Origin: Candidatus Nomurabacteria bacterium
Lineage (GTDB): Bacteria > Patescibacteriota > Minisyncoccia > Phycocordibacterales > UBA9973
Direction of reading: 5' to 3'
DNA length: 64,000 bases
Assembly: GCA_026395915.1 (NCBI GenBank)
Contig: JAPLXU010000015.1
Coordinates: 85-64,084 of the forward strand
Part shown: positions 38,185-49,007 of the stretch, in pieces
Layout of the letters: every line of letters starts with the position of its first letter
How positions within the stretch are numbered: the stretch's first letter is position 1
Translations under genes and position numbers: made by a program
The notes under the pieces: model-generated
Database searches by the model: none
Told to the model about the DNA's origin: nothing
Seen by the model: the letters and a program-made list of their open reading frames with translations, nothing else

Positions 38185-39199
38185 TTCTCGTCTTATAGTC
38201 TTCCGGCGCGATTTTGAGATATTCTTCCAATTTTTCTCGCGAGAGTAATCCTTTTTGGGCGCCGATTTCTTGTACCACGGACATGGAATTTATCGGTCCC
38301 CAAGTGAAAGCTTCGAGAGGAGATTTACCTAGGGCTAGCGCGCATGTAACAGTCGAAGAAAAAGCGTCTCCGGCTCCAGTGCGTTCGAATGGCGGAGCTA
38401 TGTCGGGATAAATCGGTAGATGCCAAAGTTCATTGTTAAAATAGAGATAAGCTCCATTTGGTCCATCGCTGATTGAAACCATTTTTGGACCCAGAGCTTG
38501 AATGCCTTTTGATAAAACCAAAATGTCTTTGTTTTGAATTCCGAGAATGATTTCGGCTTCTTCAACGTTGCAGAAGAAAATTTCTGTTCGCGCATAGATG
38601 TTTTTTAATTTTTCAACACCGAATTTTATCTGGAAAGTTCCCGGCTGGAAGGCGAGCTTTGTTTCTGGGTTATTTTTCAGGTATTCCGATATCTCCTCAT
38701 GGTAAGGAAGAGAATTTTCCGCGAGCGAGCTCAAATACATCCAAGATGATTTTTTCAGCTCGGGAAGTTTGTATTCAAATTTTGTGTGCTTGATCAGAAT
38801 CGTGCGGTCAATGTCATACCAAAGAACGTAATGATAATTTGTGATTTTACTTTTTTCTGTAGTTACGTAATCAGTAATGACTTTGTCGTTTTTCAAACTA
38901 GTAAGACAATCTTGTCCGTGTTTGTCGTCTCCGATATTGGTGACAAGCGATGAACACAATCCGAGTCGAGCGGCGCAAACGGCGGCGTTCGGACTGTTTC
39001 CTACAGCAGGCACTACTGTGACGGATTCATAAGGAACCTTGTCGCCAAAACGCACGCAAAGCTCGCAAGCGTCTGAGTCGATCTTGCAATGCACATGGGC
39101 GTCCTTCAATCTAATAAATGCGTCTATAACGATATCCCCAATAGCTAGGAAATCTATTTTATTGTTTTCTGCGCTCATGTTATTATTGTAGCATATCAT
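38177..39199 (-). CDS. PfkB-family carbohydrate kinase (ribokinase-like)
   Basis: LAIGDIVIDAF (motif 1) and GAGDAFSS (motif 2). Confidence 0.75.
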   Translation of the reverse strand: MICYNNNMSAENNKIDFLAIGDIVIDAFIRLKDAHVHCKIDSDACELCVRFGDKVPYESVTVVPAVGNSPNAAVCAARLGLCSSLVTNIGDDKHGQDCLTSLKNDKVITDYVTTEKSKITNYHYVLWYDIDRTILIKHTKFEYKLPELKKSSWMYLSSLAENSLPYHEEISEYLKNNPETKLAFQPGTFQIKFGVEKLKNIYARTEIFFCNVEEAEIILGIQNKDILVLSKGIQALGPKMVSISDGPNGAYLYFNNELWHLPIYPDIAPPFERTGAGDAFSSTVTCALALGKSPLEAFTWGPINSMSVVQEIGAQKGLLSREKLEEYLKIAPEDYKTRKV

Positions 39200-39223
39200 C
39201 TTATAAAATATAAAGAGCTGTGT

Positions 39224-40732
39224 ATGTCTAAAAAAATAATTCTAATTTTCATGGTGGTTCTCTTTTTCTCTAGATTTAATTTCGCGCGAGCAGAGGTAAT
39301 AATAAATGAAGTTCAAATAAAACCTATAGGAGAAAGTTTTATTGAGCTTTATAATTCAGGTGCCTCTCAAGATTTAACTGGCTGGTTCATTAAACGCAAA
39401 ACTGCCAGTGGATTAGAATATCCGCTTATCTCTGCAAGTCGTTTGAAGGATAAATCTATTCCGGCTGATAGTTATTTTTTATTAACCAACGAAGAAGGTT
39501 ATATAGGCAATATTACATCAAACGTGACATGGGCTAAATCATATAGTTTTGCAAATGACAATACAATTATTTTATATAATGCAAGCGAAGATTCAATTAG
39601 TAAAATTGGATGGGGGGATGTAAGTGATTGCAGTGATCCTTGTCCATCTAACCCACCAGAAGGACAAAGTATTCAAAAAACAGGAAGCGGATCTTGGGTT
39701 ATTGCTACACCTACACCTGGAGCCACAAATGAAGTTTCGGCTACGCTTGCATCAACAGCATCTGGTTCTATAGTCGGCGGTTCGACATCTAGCAATTCGA
39801 GCAATAGTTTTTCCACTCAGACTACCACCACCGCAGAAACAAAAAGCAAAATAACTGAAGAGCCGAAAATCAAAGTTCAAATTGCAACGAAGACGCTCGG
39901 CTTTGTCGATTTGCCGTTGTCTTTTCAAGCGACAGCTTTCGGATTAAGCGGAGAAAAACTATATTATGGAAAATATTTTTGGAATTTTGGTGACGGAAAT
40001 TCCAAAGAAGTATCGGTGACTGACAGTGCGCAATTTACACATACTTATTTTTATCCGGGCGAATATGTCGTGTCTCTGGACTATTATCAGAATTCTTATA
40101 ATCTGAATGTTCCTGATGCTTCCAATCAAATTACAATTAAAATAATTCCAGCCGACGTTTCTATCTCAAAAGTTGGAGATGAAAAAGATTTTTTTGTCGA
40201 GCTCTCGAATAATACAAATTATGATGTTAATATTTCAAACTGGATTCTCGGGGGTGGTTTGAAAAGTTTCATCTTTCCAAAAAATACTATCCTTGGCGCA
40301 AAAAAGAAAATAACCGTTTCTCCAAAAGTAACTGGACTTTCTATTTTAGATAAAGACGTTTTGAAACTAATGAACCCGCAAAATGAAATTATATTTGATT
40401 ATGCGACCTCGATTACCTCTGCTAACATGCCTGCTTTGTCTAAAGCTAACAGATCAGTAAAAAATGTCGTGTCGGAAGCCATCGCGCCGGCGCAAGTTGT
40501 TTCAGTTGATCAAAACGAACAAGTTTCCGCAGAAAATTCATTAGCCACGTCAGCGGACGAACAAGCCTCAGTAGCTTCAAGCGATGTGGTAAAAAATAAT
40601 TCGGTTTTTAATTATTTACCAATGACAATTTTTCTAATTCTGCTTGGTGGAAGCGCCGTTGCGGTTTATTTTATTCGACAAAGAAGAATTATTCCAAATG
40701 TCGGAGACGATTTTAAGATTTTAGATGAATAA
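39224..40732 (+). CDS. secreted protein with two lamin-tail (LTD) domains, a PKD domain and a C-terminal membrane anchor
   Basis: VIINEVQIKPIGESFIELYNSG (LTD), WNFGDGNSKE...THTYFYPGEYVVSL (PKD), C-terminal TM FLILLGGSAVAVYFI. Confidence 0.65.
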   Translation: MSKKIILIFMVVLFFSRFNFARAEVIINEVQIKPIGESFIELYNSGASQDLTGWFIKRKTASGLEYPLISASRLKDKSIPADSYFLLTNEEGYIGNITSNVTWAKSYSFANDNTIILYNASEDSISKIGWGDVSDCSDPCPSNPPEGQSIQKTGSGSWVIATPTPGATNEVSATLASTASGSIVGGSTSSNSSNSFSTQTTTTAETKSKITEEPKIKVQIATKTLGFVDLPLSFQATAFGLSGEKLYYGKYFWNFGDGNSKEVSVTDSAQFTHTYFYPGEYVVSLDYYQNSYNLNVPDASNQITIKIIPADVSISKVGDEKDFFVELSNNTNYDVNISNWILGGGLKSFIFPKNTILGAKKKITVSPKVTGLSILDKDVLKLMNPQNEIIFDYATSITSANMPALSKANRSVKNVVSEAIAPAQVVSVDQNEQVSAENSLATSADEQASVASSDVVKNNSVFNYLPMTIFLILLGGSAVAVYFIRQRRIIPNVGDDFKILDE

Positions 40733-40761
40733 AACAGTGACTTCTGCTATAATGTGTTCAT

Positions 40762-42255
40762 ATGATTTTTATAAATAAAATTTTGCTTATCTTAAAAAAG
40801 AAATGGGTCGTTTTTACTGTTATTGTCGCGCTGATTATTGTCGGTGGCGTATTTATTTTTAACAATAAAAAGACAGTAGGTAATATTATCACGATTAGCC
40901 ATAAAGATTTTATCAATCAAGTTTCTATTTCTGGGAAAGTTGTACCGGCAGAAAGCGTTGATCTTGGTTTCAAGAGTTCTGCAAAAATCAGCCAAATTTA
41001 TTTTTCGGTGGGAAAATTTGTCAAAAAGGGACAGAAGATTGCAGGCTTGGATTCTGGCGATGCGATGGGCGCGCTTGAAATAGCAAAAGCAAATTATGAA
41101 AAAGTTGTGAATGGCGCGACACAGGATGATATCAATGTCGCAAAATCTGCAGTTGAAACAGCGCAGACAAATTTTGACGCTGTCGTCAAACAGCAAGATT
41201 TAGCCGTGAAGACCGCCTACCAAAATCTTTTAAACTCAAATTTAGAAGCAATCTCTTCAGGATCGAATGATTCCGTTGCTCCAACAATAAGCGGGAATTA
41301 TGTTTTAGGAAAAGAAGGTCAGATAAAAATTAATATTTATTATACTGGTAGCGGTCCAAGTTTTAATATTTCTGGCGTTTCAACTGGAAGTGGAACAGTG
41401 ACTACTATAAATCCTCAGCCATTAGGAGACTCAGGATTATATATTAATTTTCCTTCCACTTCATATAGCACTGTTTCAGAATGGATAATTTCAATTCCAA
41501 ACAAAAAAGCGACAAATTATCTTTCAAACTTTAATGCTTATCAGTCAGCTCTTGAAACGGAGAACAGGCTTGTTAGTGTTGCAAAATCAAATCTTGACGA
41601 GGCAAAATCAGCTCTCATTTTTAAGCAATCAAAAGGGAGACCGGAAGATCTTTCTTCGGTGAATGGTTCATTGTTGGTTGCGCAAAGTGACTACAATGAC
41701 AGATTTATTTTTGCGCCATTTGACGGAATAATAACAAGAATGGACGCAAAAGTCGGCGAAATTGCTTCGTTAAATACTCCTCTCATTTCCATGATGAGTT
41801 CGGATGTTTTTCAAATAGAGAGCTACGTACCCGAAGTGAGCATTGTTCAAATTAAATTAGGAGATAAAGCAAAAGTTACCTTGGACGCTTATGGTGAAGG
41901 AGTTGTATTTAACGCAGAAGTTGTCTCGATAGATCCAGCCGAAACAATACGAGATGGAGTCTCTACATATAAAATAAAACTTCAATTTTCAGGGAAAGAT
42001 GATCGCATAAAGTCCGGCATGACAGCAAATGTTTCAATAACGACTTTTGACAAACCCAACGTTATTGTTGTTCCCGGCGGAGTTATTTTTGACAAAGACG
42101 GGAAGAAATTTGTGCAGATAAAAATTAATGAAAAAATAGAAGACAGGGAAGTTGTACTCGGAAGCATCTCTGCCTTAGGTCAGGCAGAAATTGTTTCAGG
42201 ACTCTCGGATGGTGATATGGTCATTCTTAACCCGCTTAATACTGCAATAAAATAG
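40762..42255 (+). CDS. efflux periplasmic adaptor (HlyD/MacA-like membrane fusion protein)
   Basis: N-terminal TM, coiled-coil region and beta-barrel layout; operon with FtsX-like permease and ABC ATPase; leaderless-type TGCTATAAT at 40745-40753. Confidence 0.65.
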   Translation: MIFINKILLILKKKWVVFTVIVALIIVGGVFIFNNKKTVGNIITISHKDFINQVSISGKVVPAESVDLGFKSSAKISQIYFSVGKFVKKGQKIAGLDSGDAMGALEIAKANYEKVVNGATQDDINVAKSAVETAQTNFDAVVKQQDLAVKTAYQNLLNSNLEAISSGSNDSVAPTISGNYVLGKEGQIKINIYYTGSGPSFNISGVSTGSGTVTTINPQPLGDSGLYINFPSTSYSTVSEWIISIPNKKATNYLSNFNAYQSALETENRLVSVAKSNLDEAKSALIFKQSKGRPEDLSSVNGSLLVAQSDYNDRFIFAPFDGIITRMDAKVGEIASLNTPLISMMSSDVFQIESYVPEVSIVQIKLGDKAKVTLDAYGEGVVFNAEVVSIDPAETIRDGVSTYKIKLQFSGKDDRIKSGMTANVSITTFDKPNVIVVPGGVIFDKDGKKFVQIKINEKIEDREVVLGSISALGQAEIVSGLSDGDMVILNPLNTAIK

Positions 42256-42256
42256 T

Positions 42257-43513
42257 ATGTTTTCTTCATTAAATATTCGTATCGGATTTTTTCTTGCAAA
42301 ACGCCAAATAAAAAGATCAAATCCATGGACTACATTTTTGATAATATTTGTGATGTTTTTCACTTTTCTCAATCTCGTGGTGATAAGCGGAATTTTGGTA
42401 GGACTTATCCAAGGCGCTATCGATGCGGTGCGTGTTAATTACACGAGCGATGTGATTATTTCCAATTTAAATGATAAGACATACATAGAAAACAGTCCTG
42501 AAGTTATCAGCATCGTGAAATCTTTACCACAAGTGGAAGTCATGTCGGCGAGATATTTGGATGGTGGCACATTGGAAGCGAATTACAAAACGCGCACGAA
42601 TGAAAAAGAAAAACCGAACACGGCAGTGGCTTCGATAACTGGTATTGATCCGATAGCTGAAGATAAAGTGACTGGCCTTTCGAAATTTATTGTCGAAGGA
42701 GAATATCTGACTCCGACAGATTATGATCAAGTCCTTTTAGGAGCGTATCTTGATAAGAAATATTTGCCGATCGATTCTCCCGGATTTTCTGCTTTGAATA
42801 ATGTCGCGCCGGGGACAAAAATTCGTTTGAAAGTGCACGGAGTAGAACGCGAGGTTACAATAAAAGGAATAATCAAAGCCAAAGTTGATGAGCTTTCTAT
42901 GAGAGTGTTCATGATTGATTCCCAATTGCGGAGCATGATCGGCAGGAGCGACAACAACGTCGCCGAGATATCCATAAAACTAAAACCGGGCACTGATCCG
43001 GCTCTCGTGCGGGACATTTTGAAAAAAAATGGAGTCGATAAAGTTGCCAAAGTTCAAACCTATGCAGACGCTCAGCCGAAATTCATCAAAGATATGGTAG
43101 ATACTTTCGCTTTGCTTGGAAACATGCTTTCTTCGATCGGCTTGGTGGTCGCTTCGATTACGATTTTCATCGTGATCTTCATCAATGCGATAACGAGGAG
43201 AAAGTTTATAGGTATTTTAAAAGGAATCGGAATAAACGAATCAGCTATTGAGATATCATACATTTTACAATCATTCTTTTATGCCTTTTGCGGTTCGCTT
43301 GTTGGCGTCATTGTGCTTTACGCATTTTTGCAACCGTTTATGACAGCGCACCCTATCGATTTTCCTTTCAGTGATGGTATTCTTGTCGCGCCAATTAGCG
43401 GAACGATGCTTCGTGTAGGCTTGCTTATGATAACGACAATTATCGCCGGGTTCATTCCTGCTCGCTTGGTCGTCCGAAAAAATACATTGGATTCGATTTT
43501 AGGAAGGAATTAA
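42257..43513 (+). CDS. ABC transporter permease, FtsX/MacB-like
   Basis: N-terminal TM, large periplasmic domain, three C-terminal TM helices. Confidence 0.7.
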   Translation: MFSSLNIRIGFFLAKRQIKRSNPWTTFLIIFVMFFTFLNLVVISGILVGLIQGAIDAVRVNYTSDVIISNLNDKTYIENSPEVISIVKSLPQVEVMSARYLDGGTLEANYKTRTNEKEKPNTAVASITGIDPIAEDKVTGLSKFIVEGEYLTPTDYDQVLLGAYLDKKYLPIDSPGFSALNNVAPGTKIRLKVHGVEREVTIKGIIKAKVDELSMRVFMIDSQLRSMIGRSDNNVAEISIKLKPGTDPALVRDILKKNGVDKVAKVQTYADAQPKFIKDMVDTFALLGNMLSSIGLVVASITIFIVIFINAITRRKFIGILKGIGINESAIEISYILQSFFYAFCGSLVGVIVLYAFLQPFMTAHPIDFPFSDGILVAPISGTMLRVGLLMITTIIAGFIPARLVVRKNTLDSILGRN

Positions 43514-43524
43514 TATGAAAATTT

Positions 43525-44199
43525 ATGATTGAAGTAAAAAATTTAAAAAAATCATTCAAAGACGGGGAGAGCGTGACAGAAGTTTTGAAGGGAATAGATT
43601 TTATGGCGAAGAGCGGAGAATTTGTCGCTATTATGGGACGTTCCGGAGCCGGCAAGAGCACCCTTCTTTACCAAATGAGCCTCTTGGACGAGCCGACGAG
43701 CGGGGAGATTTTTATAGAGGGCAAAGATGTTTCGTCTCTCTCAATAAATGAAAAAACCGATTTCCGTCTTTCTGATTTGGGATACGTTTTCCAAGACTAC
43801 GCGCTTCTTCCAGAGATGACTGCGCTTGAAAATGTTGCTCTCCCGCTTCTTATGCAAAATATTTCTGAGAAAAAAGCGTACAAGGAAGCGGAAGAAGCTT
43901 TGACAAGAGTCGGTCTCGAAAAAAGATTGAATAATTTGCCAAGCAAACTTTCCGGTGGAGAGCAACAAAGGGTCAGCATCGCGCGCGCTATTGCTCACAA
44001 ACCAAAAATTCTTTTTGCCGACGAGCCGACCGCAAATTTGGACAACGAATCTTCCCGTGTAGTCATGGATTTTTTCAAAGAGTTGCACAAAAGCGGGCAA
44101 ACCATAATAATGGTCACTCACGAGAAGGAATACAGCAAGTTCGCCGAGCGTGTCATCCACTTGGATGATGGCAAGATTATTTCTGTGGAGAAGAATTAA
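43525..44199 (+). CDS. ABC transporter ATP-binding protein
   Basis: Walker A GRSGAGKST, signature LSGGEQQRVSIARA, Walker B ILFADEPT. Confidence 0.85.
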   Translation: MIEVKNLKKSFKDGESVTEVLKGIDFMAKSGEFVAIMGRSGAGKSTLLYQMSLLDEPTSGEIFIEGKDVSSLSINEKTDFRLSDLGYVFQDYALLPEMTALENVALPLLMQNISEKKAYKEAEEALTRVGLEKRLNNLPSKLSGGEQQRVSIARAIAHKPKILFADEPTANLDNESSRVVMDFFKELHKSGQTIIMVTHEKEYSKFAERVIHLDDGKIISVEKN

Positions 44200-44461
44200 A
44201 TGTTTGATAATGGCGTTTTTTCTGTTATATTTTAAACATGTCGCTAAAAATCGGCACGGCACGAGCGCTACCCAACAAAATTTATCTAACAATATTGGAA
44301 TAAAACAGATTCCGTTTGAATTTACGATAGAACTTCCGGCGCCACTTAGAAGGGGAGTAGATTATGGGTTTAGAAAAATGAAAACATAGAGTCATTGGCA
44401 TTAAGTGGAAAAATAACTAAAAATATGAGATACTAGAGTTTAGTTAATTATGATATAAATT

Positions 44462-45868
44462 ATGAAAAAAATTTGGTCTGAGAAAATTCCAATAAGCAAC
44501 CTTGATCTTTGGGATGAAAATGCTCGCTTTCCAGAAGAGTATTTTAATAAATCAGAAAAATACCTAATAGATTATTTTCTAAAGAAAAAAGATTTCAAAA
44601 TAGAATACTTTGCAAGAGAGGTAGTTAATGAGTTTGATTTACCTCAACTTGAAAAATTGGTTATCTATAGAAATAGAAATAAAAATATTATTTTAGAAGG
44701 AAATAGACGTGTTGTTGTTTATAAATTACTTGCGGAACCAACCTTAACTAATGATACGAATATTCAATCATTTTTTCAGACACTTTCAAAAGAGTTGAAA
44801 ATTGATGCTAATTTTCAACTAGAATCATTAGTTACTTCAGATAAGGATTCTGGTTTGCGTTATGTTGATCGCAAACATACTAAGCGTAATAATGAAGTAG
44901 GGTGGGGTGAACCAGAAAGGCATAATTATAAAGTAAGAAGAGGTAATGCGAGTGCTAAAACTGAAGTGTTTAGATATGAATTGGGTAAATTAGTTAGAAA
45001 ACTTGATCTACCCGAAGAAATAAAAGAAACGATTCTTGGAAAAGGATTTGTTACTACGTTCTACCGCTTGATGGATAGTGAGCCTGCTTCAGAAAATTTG
45101 GGATTTGAAAAGAACGAAAATGGGACAATAAAAATCAAAAACCAAAAGGATTTTAACGAGAGGTTGAAAATCATTGTCTTTGATATAGTGACAAAAAGGG
45201 TTATAGATGGACAGAAATTAGACTCTCGTTTTTTGAATGAAACCAATCAGAAAGAGAAATATTTAAAATCAATAGAAGATGAAGACAAAAAAAGAGTAGA
45301 TAAAGAAATAAAAGATAATACTCGTACAGATATATTTGGCAACAAAGTCATAAATTTCAAAAACGATAAAGGAGTTCCAATTTATACCAACAAAGCAAAA
45401 CAATACCAATCTTTACTTGATCCAACGCTTCTGTCTCCTGGAGTACAAGCAGAAAAAATTAGAGATGTTTTTGGTGAATTACAGAAGATAAATTTAGAAT
45501 TATGCCCCACGGCTGCAGCTCTGTTGTTGCGCACATTGATGGAAATTTCGATTGCAGAATTTGCCGATAAAGCTGGAATAAAATCAGACAATAATGGATA
45601 TTTTAGAGTTGGTAATAATGGTAAGACGAAAGAATCTCTAAAAGAAAAAATAGATTATATTTCGACAAATTATGCTCCAAGGGAAATTCAGGATACAGTT
45701 TCCGTTTTTAATGGTAATTCAATTTTTACTGAAAATTTAAACAAAATAGCACACAATCGATATATTTTTTCTTCAAAAGATACTGTTAAAGCTTTATGGA
45801 AAAATTCAAAATGTTTTTGGGAATTCTTGATTACAAAAATTATTGAAATAGAAAAAAAGGGAAAATAA
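44462..45868 (+). CDS. ParB-like N-terminal nuclease-domain protein (468 aa) with long lysine-rich C-terminal region
   Basis: I..LDLWDENARF...IILEGNRRVVVYKLL matches the ParBc/Srx GxRR core. Confidence 0.5.
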   Translation: MKKIWSEKIPISNLDLWDENARFPEEYFNKSEKYLIDYFLKKKDFKIEYFAREVVNEFDLPQLEKLVIYRNRNKNIILEGNRRVVVYKLLAEPTLTNDTNIQSFFQTLSKELKIDANFQLESLVTSDKDSGLRYVDRKHTKRNNEVGWGEPERHNYKVRRGNASAKTEVFRYELGKLVRKLDLPEEIKETILGKGFVTTFYRLMDSEPASENLGFEKNENGTIKIKNQKDFNERLKIIVFDIVTKRVIDGQKLDSRFLNETNQKEKYLKSIEDEDKKRVDKEIKDNTRTDIFGNKVINFKNDKGVPIYTNKAKQYQSLLDPTLLSPGVQAEKIRDVFGELQKINLELCPTAAALLLRTLMEISIAEFADKAGIKSDNNGYFRVGNNGKTKESLKEKIDYISTNYAPREIQDTVSVFNGNSIFTENLNKIAHNRYIFSSKDTVKALWKNSKCFWEFLITKIIEIEKKGK

Positions 45869-45870
45869 TC

Positions 45871-46725
45871 ATGAGATTTTATTCACCATTAAGATATCCA
45901 GGGGGGAAAAACAAATTGGCGAAGTTTATTGCTTTAGTGTGTGAAAAGAACAGTATAAATGGCCACTATATAGAACCTTACGCGGGAGGTGCGTCAGTTG
46001 CTTTACATCTTTTGATAAATGGATATGTAAAAGAAGTTACCATTAACGATTTAGACAGGGCAATATATGCTTTTTGGTATTCTGTGCTTAATGACACTGA
46101 TAAGTTTTGTAATAAAATTAGGACAACGAAGATAACTATTGAGAATTGGAGAAAGTTTAAAGAAATTCACAAGAATAAAGACAAAGAATCATTATTCAGT
46201 TTAGGCTTCGCAACTTTTTTTCTTAATCGAACAAATCATTCGGGAGTTATCGATGGGGGTGTAATTGGTGGAATAGATCAAAAAGGAAATTACAAAATTG
46301 ATTGCCGTTTTAATAAAAAAGAATTAATTGAAAGAATTAAATTAATTGCAAAGCACAAAGCTAATATTAATTTATTCAATCTCGACGCTTTAAAGTTGAT
46401 TGAAAAAATACAGGAAAAACGAGGCAATAAAAATACAATTTTCTACTTTGATCCGCCTTATTATTTAAAAGGCCCATCACTTTATATGAGTCACTATAAA
46501 CAGGAAAACCACAAGGAAGTAAGTGAAAAAATACAAGAGATAAAAAATACGAAATGGATTGTTTCTTATGACAATACTCCAGAAATTAAGAAATTATATT
46601 TGGACTCAAAAAAGAAGGAATATTCCTTTTTTCATACTGCTTACGAAATAAGAGAAGGGAAGGAAGTTTTATTTTCTAGTTGTGGGTTAATTATACCAAG
46701 GATTGCGCAGCCAACAAGAATATGA
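45871..46725 (+). CDS. Dam-class (D12) N6-adenine DNA methyltransferase
   Basis: RYPGGKNKLAKFI N-terminal block and DPPY catalytic motif (FYFDPPYY). Confidence 0.8.
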   Translation: MRFYSPLRYPGGKNKLAKFIALVCEKNSINGHYIEPYAGGASVALHLLINGYVKEVTINDLDRAIYAFWYSVLNDTDKFCNKIRTTKITIENWRKFKEIHKNKDKESLFSLGFATFFLNRTNHSGVIDGGVIGGIDQKGNYKIDCRFNKKELIERIKLIAKHKANINLFNLDALKLIEKIQEKRGNKNTIFYFDPPYYLKGPSLYMSHYKQENHKEVSEKIQEIKNTKWIVSYDNTPEIKKLYLDSKKKEYSFFHTAYEIREGKEVLFSSCGLIIPRIAQPTRI

Positions 46726-47147
46726 AAAGAAAAAATGAAGACATAAAAGAAGATTTTGTGCAAAACGCAGTCATTAAATGGTTGTCAAAGAACGATTGGC
46801 GTATTATGTCGCTTGCAACGCTTGGAGAGAAAGGGGTTGATATAAAGGCAAGGCATAATAAATACAGCAGATACTATTTAATTGAAGCAAAAGGCGCAAA
46901 AAATAATTCTAGTGAAGAAGTTGCCTTCATATATTCACTTGGTCAAATTATTACAAGAATGAATACTTCTGGCAAAACACGCTACTATTATGGCTTAGCT
47001 TTACCAGCAGGATCCGCCATTAAGGCTATTCGTAGAGTTCCATTTCAGATAGCCAAAAAATTATTGCTTCATATTTTTTCAGTAGACAAAAAAGGCAATG
47101 TTATAAGGTATATGCCAAAAGATTTGGAAAAATTACAGAAAAAATGA
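46722..47147 (+). CDS. small PD-(D/E)xK-fold putative restriction/repair endonuclease, translationally coupled (ATGA) to the methyltransferase
   Basis: GVDIKA ... YLIEAKG pattern (D ... ExK) and N-terminal VIKWLSKNDW helix. Confidence 0.4.
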   Translation: MKRKNEDIKEDFVQNAVIKWLSKNDWRIMSLATLGEKGVDIKARHNKYSRYYLIEAKGAKNNSSEEVAFIYSLGQIITRMNTSGKTRYYYGLALPAGSAIKAIRRVPFQIAKKLLLHIFSVDKKGNVIRYMPKDLEKLQKK

Positions 47148-47181
47148 AATTCAAATTCAATACAAAGCAAAAAATGACAAA

Positions 47182-47230
47182 GCCTGTTCCAAGATTGGAA
47201 ACAGGCCACGATACGATGAAAGTTTTTTTA
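47182..47230 (+). terminator. hairpin GCCTGTTCC-aagattg-GAAACAGGC followed by a T-run
   Basis: read directly; closes the three-gene methylation module. Confidence 0.4.
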
Positions 47231-48412
47231 TGAGATGATTTCATGCCTCTGAAAGAACAAAAGAAAACAAGGTAAAGTTGCGCAGGATTTATGAAATGTA
47301 TCCATTTGGCAACCAGTGGTATGACACTATGCATACCATTTATACCCTGTACATAGTTTCGTTACATTTTCGTTAACGAATATTAAAAAACCAATTTAGA
47401 CAAAATAGCCACGCCCACGCGTTTTTATTTTTTAAAATACGTTAACATGCAAACACATTGACGTTATAACTTTTTCTAATAGCAAATATTTTTTTGTGTT
47501 TTATGTAAAGCAAATGAACAGCCCGGTCGGACAATTCATTTTTTACTTTAATTTACTTTATTCTTACAGCTCTTTTATGTTTAGAGCACTGGTAGATGAT
47601 GGTATATTTAAAGCATTTTGAATAAATAGTCTCGTTTTCCGAACTCGCGAATAAGCGTGATACCGTTTTATCTAGTAAGTATTTGCCAGAAAAATCAGTT
47701 CAAAAAAGATCTAATGTTTTTCGAAGGAGATGATGTCTTGCTTCTCCGACGTATATGCAGGTTTTTCAACCTAGGTTTGGTGGACTTACACTATGAACTC
47801 GCATTCATATGTCAATTACTGAAGTGTTTCTTTGCAAGGACTGATTCCAGAAACCCCTAATTGGAATCAACATCTCCAGTTCTCCATTTTCTTTAGACCC
47901 CGCCTGTTCATTAGTTGCCCAACGGGGTCCCTTAACGTGCTTATTCGACTGTTCTATGTAGCCCTTATTTGCTGTTAAGAGCAGTGATAATGGCATTGTA
48001 TGAATACCTTGTACTTTTGCATCAATGGATTCAATGCTGACATATTTTCCTAAAAAGGAAAAAAGGCGTTCCATGTTATAGCTTAACGAAGTAGTTCATT
48101 TGTCTTACTTAAACAAAAACATTTTCAGGATGTACCCAGAGTTTTGAGTACATTTTGAAAAGGTTCTTATACCTTTAATGTATCTTACTCTGTCATCCTG
48201 GTTGATTTTTCTAACCAACATATTCATTTTATCATAGTACTAATTTAAGCTAGAAATAGTGACTTTACAAAGCTTTGACAGAATATATCTTTTTTTGCTA
48301 ATTTCTAGAAATTACTCGCTCGCAGGCGCAAGTTGAGATTCTGTTACTTAAATCTCGGTACATGTTATTTTTGCCAATTATTAAAATCCACAGGAATTGT
48401 ATAAATCAATTA

Positions 48413-48979
48413 TCAATTGTAATTATTTATTGCAGAAAATAGCTTTTTTGCATCATCTATGTTGTTTTCATATCCAGCTAATGCAGAAAGTTTAAGCCAA
48501 CGATTAAAACGCAAGGTGGGCTTCCCATTATATAAATATGATTTCATTTTTTCCCTATTATTCATCATCTTAATCATGCGATTAGTTCTATAAAAAGCTA
48601 ATCCATGAGAAGATTTTCGATTGAAGGTATTTAATTCGTAGGTCAATTTATGACAATGACGACATTTAAACTTTGTAGTTTGCGGTGGAAGATAGAGTTT
48701 AGCCACGCGCCGTTCGCAGTTGCAAATAAACCAACTTCGAGTACCAAAATAGAGTTCGCTATCCGCAATTTTAAATCTTTGCTCTTCCATGCCATATCTT
48801 AAAATCAGAAAGTCAGTTTCGGCGCCATATTCAATACAATAATCAGCTACAGTTTTCACTTGTCCAAAATCGATATTTATGAAGCCATCTACATTCTTTC
48901 TCTGCTCTCTGGCGCGTAGGAGATCTTTTTTAATTGTTTTGGCAGTTAAACTAAAACAAGATTCCACTAAGATTCTCAT
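48413..48979 (-). CDS. hypothetical Cys-rich (Zn-ribbon) protein
   Basis: CNCERR...CRHCH pairs. Confidence 0.45.
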   Translation of the reverse strand: MRILVESCFSLTAKTIKKDLLRAREQRKNVDGFINIDFGQVKTVADYCIEYGAETDFLILRYGMEEQRFKIADSELYFGTRSWFICNCERRVAKLYLPPQTTKFKCRHCHKLTYELNTFNRKSSHGLAFYRTNRMIKMMNNREKMKSYLYNGKPTLRFNRWLKLSALAGYENNIDDAKKLFSAINNYN

Positions 48980-49007
48980 ACCCCTAATTCTATACTAGTA
49001 CCAAAAA

